NCBI RefSeq assembly: GCF_009914755.1
Contig: NC_060947.1
Direction: 5' to 3' (one strand)
DNA: 64,000 bases
Source: the human T2T-CHM13v2.0 reference genome, Homo sapiens
Shown here: piece by piece, positions 12,693 to 25,240 of the stretch
Layout of the letters: every line of letters begins with the position of its first letter
How positions within the stretch are numbered: position 1 is the stretch's first letter
Translations under genes and position numbers: made by a program
The notes under the pieces: generated by a model
The model's input: the letters and a program-made list of their open reading frames with translations, nothing else
What the model was told of the DNA's origin: nothing
Databases searched by the model: none

Positions 12693-12883
12693 TAGTAGTG
12701 TGCTGATAAACAAGCTTGTAAACAAATAAACAAAGCCCCTGATTTGTAGCTGATTTCCACCGTATAGATACTCCCACCATGGCTAATTTGAAGCTATCAA
12801 CATGATGTCACTAAACATGGAATTGAGAAAAGTTGCACACAAGTGGCCTTGAGCCAGCACGAGCTGGCACCAGCACACCACTG
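12693..12883. mobile_element. MER63 (hAT-Blackjack) MITE
   Basis: TIR-like ends tagtagtgtgctg / cagcacaccactg; internal gccctgatttgtagc...actcccaccatggc. Confidence 0.8.
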
Positions 12884-13149
12884 GGTGATACCCCATGAAG
12901 AGGAACCATGGGCAAACAGTGTGACCACTACAACTATAAACAAGAAGGCCAGTGTCTTTCTTGTGTAGGCTTGGTAGCTACAAAGATAAAAACTGATAGG
13001 ACAGCTTGCTTTCTTTGGCATGTACAATGCTTGGGATGAACTGGTATGTTAAAGCAAGTGGTCTTCTTCCCCCACACTCCTTATTTTGCAACCACCTTCA
13101 GGAAACACTTAGCTAACAATTTGATGACTTTAAAATAATATTCAGCAAC

Positions 13150-13290
13150 ATTTATTCCACTACTGTGTAAGTTTCACAAGGGCAGGGATTTTGCCTGGTT
13201 TGTTCAGTGCTATGTTCCCAGGGTCTAGAAGAGAGCTCAGGAAAACACATAGGCACTCAATATTTGTTAGATGACTGCATGAATGACTGG
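13150..13290 (+). mobile_element. L2 3' end
   Basis: agggcagggattttgcctggttttgttcagtgct...cacataggcactcaatatttgtt...tgaatga. Confidence 0.85.
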
Positions 13291-14599
13291 ACAGCCCATA
13301 GAGTTAGATGCTTTTCCCAACAACACAAACATACCCACCTGGTGAGTAACCATCGCCTCACTTTGCATCTCACAGCTGCCATCCGGGTCCTCCAGACTTT
13401 CTCTTCCTAATCCTGGGAGGGCCACACTACTTCCTGGTGTGAGGAAAATGCAACTTTGGTCCTTTGCCCTGTAATGGACACTTTGTTCTCCTTGTTCCTT
13501 GATTTCGTTTACTTGGTGGTTCTTGTTGTTTTAGGTCAGGAGGGGTGGCTCTCCCTTTCTGCCTTGGGGCTCAACCCTTCCCAGACAGGGGCAAACCAAG
13601 ATGGCATCTCCTTATTAAGTCATGAGAGCCTGCTGGGGCTTGTCTGATTAGAGTCTCCTTACACATTGGTACAGAGAACTTTCTGCCTTTGCAATTCTTT
13701 TGTTTCAAAATAAAAAAAGGATAGCCAGGAAGCTGCAAGGTTGGAAAGTTGTTAAACACACACACACACTCACACTGAACCAGATTTGCTGATAACAGGA
13801 GAATAGGAAGGCCTGAAGCTGAGGGAGCATTTCAAGGTCACAGGCAAGGAGGGGCCTGCAGTGGTGGTGATGGAAAAGATGAATAGACAACAGTTGAATG
13901 CATTATTTAGTGTGTTCCACATCGCAAAGCCAAGAACGGTTCCTTCGCACCAGAAGATTTGATGTATCAGGCTGGCTGTCTCCTCAGAGGACACCCCCCG
14001 GTCTCCTCTTGAGTTCATGGAGACATGGTTGTCTAGGTGACAACTGTCAGGCAAGAAGCTGCAAGCTGAAGAATAAAATCGCCTTAGCTAATAGAGCAGC
14101 ATGCTATTATGTACCTGAAGTTTTAACTGCTATATTACCCTGAAAGAATCATTTGGTGGGAAGGAAGGAGCTCACTTTTCCCTGGGCTACATCAGTGAAT
14201 TCAATTTCGATTGAAGAGAGACTAGCATTTTAAAAACCACTGTGTGTGGAGCTTCGAGTCCTTTTCTTCTTTCGGTGAGAAATGATTTAATAATGAACTT
14301 ACAACTGCAGGGCCTCCAGTCAGCCCCATGGAGCCCTGGAAGAGGGAGGAGGCGGTGTGCAGGGGCCAGGGGCTGGCAGGCTCCATCCTGTTCTGTCCCT
14401 GCTCAGGCCCAGGCTCTGTGACTGAGGTTACCCCAGAGCAACTTGGTTCAGAAGCTTGTAGAGTCTGAGCGATAATTTTCCTCCCTCACAAGATTGCCGG
14501 GTGCCTCTAATTAATGGTTGTGAATTCCTTAGATGGGGTTGTTATCAGATGGAAAGGGGCTAATTGTACCGGTCACAATAGTTAACCTCTTCCAGAAGG

Positions 14600-14603
<4 letters not shown>

Positions 14604-14674
<71 letters not shown>
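14604..14674. repeat. (TG)n(AG)n compound microsatellite
   Basis: Perfect TG run followed directly by an AG run. Confidence 0.98.
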
Positions 14675-14675
<1 letters not shown>

Positions 14676-14799
14676 ACCCTCGTTCTGGTTCGTTCTGCAA
14701 ATGAGGCAGAAAAGCTTGAGAATCATTGAGGTTCTTTGACATCAAGACACCAGAAAATGAAAGATTGTATTCACTGAGACCTTTTTGCCAAGCCAAGAG

Positions 14800-14990
14800 T
14801 AGCCAACATTTACTGGGCTTTTTCTAGCACTAAGTGTTTTACCAACTTGACTACATTTAACCCTCAGCATTCCCGAGTCTTAAATGTGATGGTTATCATC
14901 TTCACTCTACAGATGGGGAAACCAAGGCTTAGTGAGTTAAGGAGACTTCGCAAAGCCTTGACCAACACCAGTAACAAATGAAGGCCTTTT
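14800..14990 (-). mobile_element. MIR SINE
   Basis: ctctacagatggggaaaccaaggcttagtgag. Confidence 0.65.
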
Positions 14991-15459
14991 AGATTCAGAA
15001 GATCCTGACAAAGACTGAGAGTTGAGCAGGAAAACTTGAGCTCTCTGCATTAAAAGGCAAGTAGGACCCCTCATGCAATGAGCTGGGACAACTTTGCCAG
15101 AACACCCTCTGGGCATCAGGGCAACCTCCTGCCTTACCTTCAGCCCCAGTTATCAGCTCTGCTGTGTGTTTTCTTTGGCTCCTTTCTTGCACTACAAACA
15201 GTATCTCTAGTCTATTTCCCTGAGACTCAAGTATCTGGCCTTCAAATTGCCTACACTCCTTCAGAGACAATTCTAGTAAGACATGCCTATGTTGATCTCC
15301 TACTACGTGCTGGGCTGTGCTGGGTAGCTGGAGAGAAAAAAATAAGTGGCATCAATACACTGCTTTGAAGAAGTTCATTCTGGAGAGGGAATGAGATATA
15401 AAACCACACAATCAACACAGTATGATCAGTACAGTGACAGTAATGAAAATAATAACAAC

Positions 15460-15680
15460 AGCTATTTTGGGAGTCTTTCCTATGTACTAGGTCTTGCGTT
15501 GAACACTGAAAACAAGCCCATAAGGTAGATACTATTATTATTTCCATTCTAGAAATGAGAAAATGAAAGCATAGAGAGGTTAGGTCACTTGCCCAAGGTC
15601 ATGCAAGTAGTAAATGGGAGAGCAGGAATTTGAACTAAGAAACTCTATCTCCAAAGCTGATCCTATTAACCACTATGCTG
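15460..15680 (-). mobile_element. MIR SINE
   Basis: agagaggttaggtcacttgcccaaggtcatgcaagtagtaaatggg...ggaatttgaac. Confidence 0.9.
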
Positions 15681-15879
15681 TATTGCACATGTATAGGCCA
15701 GGATAGAAGCATATATATTATATAGGAAGCCCAAATGAAGAGATATAAATTCTCTTCTAAGTAGAATGGTTCACAGGAAGAGAGACAAAAGCTGTAACTA
15801 AGAAAGGGAGAAAGGTTGTGTGTCCAGAATATTAAAGACACAGCCCAGACACTGGGCTTGTGCTTTTGATCTCATGGCC

Positions 15880-16350
15880 TGTATCTAAGGTTGCATAACA
15901 AATTAAGTTTAATGCCTTATAATATCCATAATTGTGTATTATCTTTCATGGCTTCTATGGGTCAGGGATTCAGAAGTGGCTCAGTTGGGTGGTTTTTGAC
16001 CCAAGTTCTCTCATGAGGTTGCACCTACATATCAACTTGGGCTGCTGGAATCCAACATGGCTCACTCACATGGCTTGTAAATTGGTGCTGGTCTAAGTTC
16101 TTAACATGAACCTCATTCCACAGGGCTGCTTGAGTGTCCTCATGACATGGCAGCTGGCTTCCTCAGAGCAAGAGATCCAGCAGACGAAAGTAGAAGCTGT
16201 AATGCCTTTATGACTTATATAGAGGTTACACACTGTCACATCTGCCATATTCTATTGGCCATTCACACAAGCTCTGCTTTTATATGGGAGAGAACTACAA
16301 AGGGATATAAATACTAGGAGCGAGAGATCATTGGGGACTCTCTTATAGTT
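15880..16350 (-). mobile_element. MLT1 (F/G/H-type) LTR
   Basis: tgggtcagggattcag...ggctcactcacatggc...gctgcttgagtgtcctcatgacatggcagctggcttcc...tctgccatattctattgg. Confidence 0.85.
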
Positions 16351-16969
16351 CACCAACCTGGAATTAAAGTTCTAATATTTTGAAAGCAAAAGCCTATGCA
16401 GTCCCCTCAACTTGCCTTAGGTTTGCTGTTCCAAGCTGTAGACCTTTAGGATGAAGAAGCCCAGTATTTTATGAGGAGATGGCATGTTTGAGATCTTAGA
16501 GGCCCTGTGGCTCTGGACAAAATGGTGGCTTTGATGAGGACATTGGAGGTGAACTCAAGGCTTATAGGGAAGCTGGGAAGAGAGGCCAGAACTGGGGACA
16601 GCTATAGGCCTTTTGGTAACTAAGCCTAGGTGCCAAGTGCTCTGGAGATTTACTATCATTTAGACCATTGGACAGGAATATGTTCTGGTCCATGAATACT
16701 CTGGAAACAAAATCTATCCAACCAGAGTCTCCTGCTTCCAGACTGGAAGTCTATCTGTTCATCACATGCAGAAGGAAGCCACCAGCATTTTCTGTATAAG
16801 AATTTGGATCTTGCTTTCTTCCTTCTACTTCTGTGCTTCGCACAGACCTGGAGTATGTGTACATAGGAATATCAAAGCCATTGCTTAATAAATGGCTATT
16901 CACTTGTAAATTAAAATATTTCATGGGAATATATTAAACATGGATTTTATAGACTCAATATTTTATGTC

Positions 16970-17600
16970 ATCCTAATATGTGCTGGGCCAGACACCACAC
17001 TAGATGATAGAGGAAAGCAGTGAACAAAAAAGACATTATCTCTGCTCTTATGATGCTTACGAGAGAGATATTAATCAAATAATAGTACAAATAAATGTGT
17101 AATTATGAACTCAGATAGGCACCATGAAGGAAAGAAAGTGGCATCAGGAGATGAAAAACAGAAAACACTGAGGAAGTGGTGCTTCAGCTGAGATATGAAA
17201 GATGAATAGGTTAAAAAGGGAGGAAGGACATTTCAGGTAGAGAGAAAAGCATGTGCAAAATGTGTTTGTGGAACTGTAAGGACCCTAATGTGGCAAAGCA
17301 GAGGAAGTGAAGATGAGGGTAGAGAGGTTGTCAGGGACCCAGATCATGCAGGACTTTACAGACATGTTTAAGGATGTTGGTCATTATCCTAAACAATGGG
17401 TAGCCATTAAAATGCTTCAAAGCAATACAGTGGCATCATCAGATTTGTGCTTTGAAAATATCCATGTCTGTTATATGGAGACTGGATTAGAGAGGCAAGA
17501 CTGGAGGCAGGGAGACCAGCTAGAAGGCTATGTCCAGAAGGGTGATGTTGGTAGTGGAGATAGTGAGAAGAGAGTGGAATTGAAATATTCCACAGATAAT
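16970..17600 (-). mobile_element. L2 LINE fragment
   Basis: cagtgaacaaaa...gctgagatatgaaagatga...ccagatcatgcagg...ggcagggagaccagctagaaggct. Confidence 0.85.
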
Positions 17601-18065
17601 TTAGTGTAACCTGGAAGGTAAAAACATACATCAAATATCAGGGGCCAGGTGACAATGTAGGGGATGGGGGAATGGGAAGTCGGCATGGAGTTTCTAAGAG
17701 GTAAGAAGAAGAAGGTGATCTGTGCAAGACAGTTTGAGTAGAGAAAGTTAGGACTTAGTCTGTAGAAGGGCTGTGTAGTTCCCGGGGTGTTTGAGTAGTG
17801 GTCTTTGTTGCTAAGAGGCATTGGTCATTCCTATGTATGGTTCTGGTACATAAGTACCTGTGGTACTGTAAGCAGTACATTTGTAATATGATTTGAATTT
17901 GTAAAATTCTACTTTTTTTTAAATATATATATATGGTTTGTAAAACAGAACAGGTAGTCTCAAGAGTGGGTTTCCAGATGGGGACTTTAAGAGTGGCCAG
18001 CCTTTGAGAGTGACTTTAGACTGCACATCTGAAATAACTGAATTTAATTAAAAAATATAGGCAGA

Positions 18066-18808
<743 letters not shown>

Positions 18809-19193
18809 TAGGAAGTCTAGAGATGGAACCGAATAGATACAGGAACTTAGATGTAAAGGTGGAATCTTTTATTAGTATGGGAAAAGATGGACTGATTTAA
18901 AAAATAGTGTTGGGACAACTGGTTAACCATCTAGATAAAAATATAAATGAATCTAGTCCTCATATAATGTGACAGAAAAAAAACAAATTTTATTCCAGAT
19001 TCAAATGCAAAAAGATGAAATCTTAAAAACTGTTAGAGGAAAACATGGGGGAATTTTTGTATACCATTGGAGTGAGCAAGGTCGTTCTGAGTTGAAATGC
19101 AGAACCCATAAGAGAAAAGGGTGATAAATTTAACTACATAAAAATCAGACTAAAGTCTCTACATGGAAAAATGTACAATAAACAAAATAACAA

Positions 19194-19490
<297 letters not shown>

Positions 19491-20224
19491 CTAACACAAC
19501 AACAATAAACAAATGACAAACTAGAAGAAAAGTTGTCACCCACATCACAACGCACAAATCTCCTTGGAAAAATCAATAAGAAGAACAATAACGTAATATA
19601 AAAATGGACAAATGATGTAAGCAAGATAGTTCACAAAAAAGGAAATATAAATAGCTCTAGAAGTTATGAAAAGATGCTCAACCACACTCATAACTGTACT
19701 AATATACTATTTATTTTTACCTCTCAGATTTAAAAACAACAACAACAGACTACTCACTGTCTATTGACAAAGCTACAGGGAAGAGGCACGCTCATACCTT
19801 AATTGTCGAGGGTAGATCTGGTGCTCCCCTATGGCAGAAAATTTGTCAATATTCATCAAAATTATGACTGCCTGCTCTATGTTGCCTAGCTATTCAATTT
19901 TAAGATTTTATCCTATAGAAACACTTGCTCTCTTGTGAAATGATGGGCACACCAGGCTATTCACTGAAGCATTATTTGAAATAGCACAAGATTGGGCACA
20001 ACCCAAATGTACAACAGGAGAGGACTGGTGAAATAAATTGTATCATGTACATTTAATAGCTGTAAAAATAAATAAAGCAGATCTCCATCTACTTACATGG
20101 TAAGATCTCCAGGATATACTTTAAAGTGAAAAAAGTAATGAGTAGACTATTGTGTACTCATTGCTATCTTTAGGATGTAGAACTGACATGTACACTCATA
20201 TTTGTTTGTATATACATAAAGAAT

Positions 20225-20399
20225 TAGGGAATGACTCTATGATATACATTTTTCACATTTTAACATCTGTGAAATTGAAATGTCTTCCATTATGTGGCAT
20301 TTTAGAATTACAATTAGCCATATTATTTTTTTTCTAAGTGGTACATAAAATAATGATGCATCTTAAAATGGATGACATCTTAGATTTGATGGAATACAG
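20225..20399. mobile_element. MER104/Kanga-type TcMar-Tc2 MITE
   Basis: catttttcacattttaacatctgtgaaattg...catcttagatttgatggaatacag|ta terminal motif. Confidence 0.75.
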
Positions 20400-21294
20400 T
20401 AATAACAGTAGTTGCCTATGGTGAGGGGAGACTGGGGAAGGGATGAGGAGGAGCCTCTTCACTTATATGCCTTGTAATGGTTTTTATTTGAGCCATGTTA
20501 ATTTATGCCTACTCAGAAATTGAATAAATAATAGTCAAAAAAATAAGATAATAGGAACTAATATATAAATGGACAATAGATTATTTCCTGGGGTCTATGT
20601 CCTCCTGCAATACTGGTCTAAGTAAGAGATTCAGTTCTAAGATATTAAAATGTGCCACAAAGTGCCCAACACTTAGCATGTGCTAGTCAATGAGACACAA
20701 CAGCTGTGTGCTGTGTTGACCTGGGTCCTCCTGGGAAGCTCTTTACTCCTTGGCATCACACCTGGTTTGGCCAGTAGGCAGAACATATTATTTTTCCAGA
20801 TGAGGCTAGTGCAACGTTAGTTTGGGAACCGGAAAGACATTGTGTCATCATAAAGCCTTATGAGAGGTGGAGACACACCATTTAGGCATCTACTGTGACC
20901 TAGTAGACAATTTCAGAACTCTCAGACAAAAATCAATGCTTGGGCAAACACAGAACTGAACCAAGATCTTGCTTTGACTTTTTTCTGCCTTGAGAAGACT
21001 AGATAAGCTCCAAGTTAGAAACGTTTTTCTTTTTGGTATGTATTTTAGTAGTAAGGGCAATTGCTCCTCTTTCCCTCTTCCCTACTTCCACAAACCTTTT
21101 CAGCCTCTTCTGGGTTAAATGCATTTTCTGGGTAAGATGTTGGCAAAAAGCAAGGTAATAAATGCCACAGGAAGGGCCAGATGGATAGTATTTTGAGTTG
21201 TGTTTCAAATATATTGTAATGAAAAATAGAACCTGGAGAAATCCCAGCAGATCTTTCCTTTTGTGAAAGGAAAGGTTTGTAGCTTTATGGAATG

Positions 21295-21490
21295 CCTAGT
21301 TTAGGTTCAGGAAACCAGGATTTTAGTTTCAGGTTCTTCAGTAAACCGCTGCATGATTTCTGGGTATTGTTTTAGTGGTTCTTTTGCTCAGTTTCCTTAT
21401 CTGAAAAATGAATGTGCTAGTACCTTTTCTGCTTTTCTTAAAGGACTATAGAAAGAATACATGTCATAGTGTTTGGGAAGACATTTAAAG
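21295..21490 (+). mobile_element. MIR SINE
   Basis: ctcagtttccttatctgaaaaatg core. Confidence 0.65.
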
Positions 21491-21734
21491 ATAAGTTTAT
21501 CAAGTTGCTACAGGTAGAGGTAAGGTTCTATTTTTGCCATAATTTTAAGGGGACTTGTGTTGAGCAGCCATTTGATAGAGACTGGTCATGTTTCAGCTAG
21601 AGAGGCCTCTTTCCCAACTGCACTGTGTGACAGTTAGGAAAATCTCTGAAAAATGACAACTGGGAGCAGGGAGGGGCTAGGCCTGTCACCATCTGAGGAA
21701 GTAACAACAACGGCCAAATGTTCTTTGCAAAGTA

Positions 21735-21880
21735 CTTTCTCACCTTTTATACCACATCATCCTCTCAATAGTCCTTTGAGGTAGGTATTAGCATTATCAT
21801 TCCTGTATTGCAGAGAAAGAATCTGAAACTGGGAGCCGAGCTGGAACTTAGGCCTATGCTTCTGTAGCTCAAAAATGTGT
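21735..21880 (-). mobile_element. MIR SINE
   Basis: tgaggtaggtattagcattatcattcctgtattgcagag. Confidence 0.6.
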
Positions 21881-22465
21881 TCTGTCACCCATATCCTCTA
21901 CTCTAAACTAATCTCAGCAACTTGTTGCAGAAACCACAGAAAGCTGGGGCCTGGACTACTCTGGGACCAGGAATAGAAACAGGGAAAGGGAGAGGGCATG
22001 GAAACTTTATCTACTTGTAACAAAAGCTATTAGCACACATGTGCTAGGACATATGGTGACCATCTGGAACTGAAGCCACATTGGTCATTGCTGAAATTCA
22101 GTCTAACAACAATGTACTCAGGTTAGATAGCATTGTATTGCCCCAGTACCCTAAAATTTTGCCTTAGGGGAGAATGACCTTGGTAAATGGTGATTAAGAG
22201 TAGCAGTATATCTGTTGACACACAGAATAAAATATTAGTTGACATATGGGGCCATGGTACTAGTTGACCTTAAGGTCAACATTTAATGTCTTCAGGCAGA
22301 TTGTGTCCTAATCTTATCATACATGACTTCATTAATAATCTGGCCATGCAAGATTATACAAACAGAAAGGACACCCACAAAAGGATCCAGCTCAGTTCCA
22401 TAAATCAGGTGTCCCTAATGAAGAACCAGATAACCAGTTCCAGCTGGTGGTGCTTAGAGCTAGAC

Positions 22466-22686
22466 TGAGGATAAACAAACTACAGTCCTTGGGCAAAATC
22501 TGTCCTCTGACCTGTTTTTGTAAATAAAGTTTTATTGGAACAAAGCCATACCTATTCGTCATACATTGTTTGCTTTTATGCTACAATGGCAATGTTGAGT
22601 GATTCTGACAGAGGCTATATGGTCTGCAAAGCTGAAAATATTTATGATTTAACCCTTTACAAAAAAAACATTTTGCCAAACTCTAT
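22466..22686 (+). mobile_element. MER58A hAT-Charlie MITE
   Basis: cctgtttttgtaaataaagttttattggaac...aaaatattta...ccctttac...ttgcc. Confidence 0.9.
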
Positions 22687-23421
22687 TCTGTACAATGAAT
22701 GTACAGGTGATCTTGAACTTGTGAGAATAGCCAAAAGCCTTGAGCATGTCCTCTGCTGGTGAGACACAGGAAGAGAAGATAATAGAAATCTCTAGATAAC
22801 CATATCCAGAGAAATGCTCCAAGGGGCCTGGTTCCAGCTGATAGGGGGCAACAATCCTATGGATTCAAACGTCAGGGAGCCCAAACCATGTGTATATAGT
22901 ATTTCTGTTTTAGTTAGGTCTGAAGAGCCTCAGAGACCCAGCTGACCACTCAGCTGGCTGCCCTCTCTACTAACTTTATGATGTTTGAATAAAACTGAGA
23001 CAGAGTGAGCCCTCGTTAGAAGGTCATTGTGAGTGATGTCCCTGGAGCACTGAAGGCCTCTCTTGGATAGTTAAGTGGTTCTCAAAGCCCTGGAGGAACC
23101 TCTTGAACCAGGACCCCAAACTAGCAGATCTTGAGGGAACCTCAGAGATCATCTAGGCCAAAAGAATGGAATGGCTTGTGCAGAGGCTCATTATGAGTTA
23201 AGTGATGAAGTCTTCCAAATCCCATTCAGGTGCATCCCATCATGCCCTGCAACCTAACATCAATCCATGGCGCACTGTCTCAAATACCCAGTGGGCCAAT
23301 GGAGTGTTTATAAGTTCAGTATGACCTATCCTTTATGATCCTGATCTGCTAGGTAGAGATGGCTGCTTGAGGGAAGCCATAAGCCTGCGGTTATTCCTGG
23401 AGCTCAGTTTCTTATAAGAGT

Positions 23422-23776
23422 TTTATTAATCAGTTCTCACGCTGCTAATAAAGACATACCTGAGACTGGGTAATTTATAAAGGAAAGATATTTAATGGAC
23501 TCATGGTTCCACATGGCTGGGGAGGCCTCACAATCATGGCAGAAGATGAAGGAAGAGCAAAGAGACATGTTACATGGCGGCAGGCAAGAGAACGTGTGCA
23601 GGGAATCTCCCCTTTATAAACCATAAGATCTTGTGAGACTTATTCAGTACCATGAGAAGGGTATGGGGAAAACTGTCCCAGTGATGCAATTATCTCCACC
23701 TGGCCCCACCCTTGACATGTGGGGGTTATTACAATTCAAGGTGAGATTTGGGTGGGGACACAGCCAAACCATATCA
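23422..23776 (-). mobile_element. THE1 (MaLR) solo LTR
   Basis: gctgctaataaagacatacctgagactgggtaatttataaag...gagatttgggtggggacacagccaaaccatatca; perfect 5-bp TSD AGAGT at 23417-23421 and 23777-23781. Confidence 0.95.
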
Positions 23777-24714
23777 AGAGTTAAGGGGATAAGGAGAGTT
23801 GTGAGAAAGCCTTTGTGGACATATGAAGGAAGAATGAAGGAGCTATCTGTGATCATTGGTGTATGGCTCTTTCATAAATGACTGGAACAGTAAACTTGGG
23901 TCAGATCCAGTGGTGCAGGAGCCAGGACAAGTAGCCAAGACGAGGGGGAAGAAAAGAAGCACATCCTAAGAATGCTACCAGGGTCTACACCCATGCATAA
24001 GAAATCTTCCAGATTAGCATCAGCATCCCAAGTCAGGGTCACTAAGTAGAAATAAGGACAACCCAGGGAAGGGAAGAAGTTCCATTATAAATGCTGGGAC
24101 AGGATTGAAGGGCTGAGGTAATGACAACAATGTGAGGCATGTAGGATTAGAGATTCCACGTGTTGATAACATACCAACTCTCTTATAATAATGTTCATAC
24201 TGCAGGCTCATAGGATTCCAGAATGCCAGTGTTTTTTTGAAGGAGACACTATAAAAGCCTAGAAGAAATATGTGTAACATTGGTTTACATAAAGACCACT
24301 ATTGCTAGAAATATGTAAAAGGATAACCAATTATAAACACAGACTGTCCAGTCAAGGAGTTTCAAGGTAGCTACAGAACTGCCTAGGAATTGTGAGGGAT
24401 AAATGATTGAGTGCCACATTTCGTTCAGTGATAACCTAGGCAACCATAAACAAACACAAGGTCAGGACAGTAGAAAACATCAGCTGCATGGTGAAGCAAA
24501 AGACAAAAAAGTGGACTGAGGAAGACCTTGAGAATAGGGTTTGAAGGTGCCCAACTGAATGTGGAGCTAACCCTAGCTTTCCTCACCATAGGTCAATTTG
24601 AAAATCATGGGTCTTTGAGTAAACAAGAGAGAATTTGTGTTCTCAGAAATAAAATCTTGAATAACTTTTATGTTAAAAATCAGTCTAGTTTGTCTTTGGC
24701 ATTTGTTCTAAGGC

Positions 24715-25240
24715 AGTTGAACAAATTTTATTGCCTGCCTGTGGGCACTATACTTTGTAATAAGTACCGGGGGTATGAAGATTAATCAACAGTCACTTTC
24801 CTCTAGGGGTTCCTTGCTTAATAAAGGAAACCAACACATAAACAGACAATTTTGATATAATTTAGTAAGTTCCAGAGAGTTAAGGGAACGGACGTGAGCT
24901 ACATAGTTCAGGATAGGATGTTATAGAAGCTTCTGGAAGGAGAGGGTACTTGATTTCCCAGTGCGGTCAGTAATGGAACAGTGGGGCAGGAGGAAAACCA
25001 GGGGACATGGAAACCAAGAGAATGGAGAGATTCAAGAAGCAGTGAAAAGACAACAGTGTCAAATACAGCAGATAAGGACAAAAAAGTGCTTTGTTGGATT
25101 TGGAAATGAAGAGGTCATTGACGATCTTAAAGATAGCATGTTTCAGTGAAGCAAGAGTGGGGTCCAAGAGCCAGTATTGAGGACTGAATGGAATTGAGGA
25201 AGAAGAAACAGGCAGCATAGACTACCTTCTGAAGGGTTGT
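24715..25240 (-). mobile_element. L2 LINE fragments
   Basis: aacaaattttattg... tail; ttggatttggaaatgaagaggtcattgacgatctt...gtttcagtg. Confidence 0.7.
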
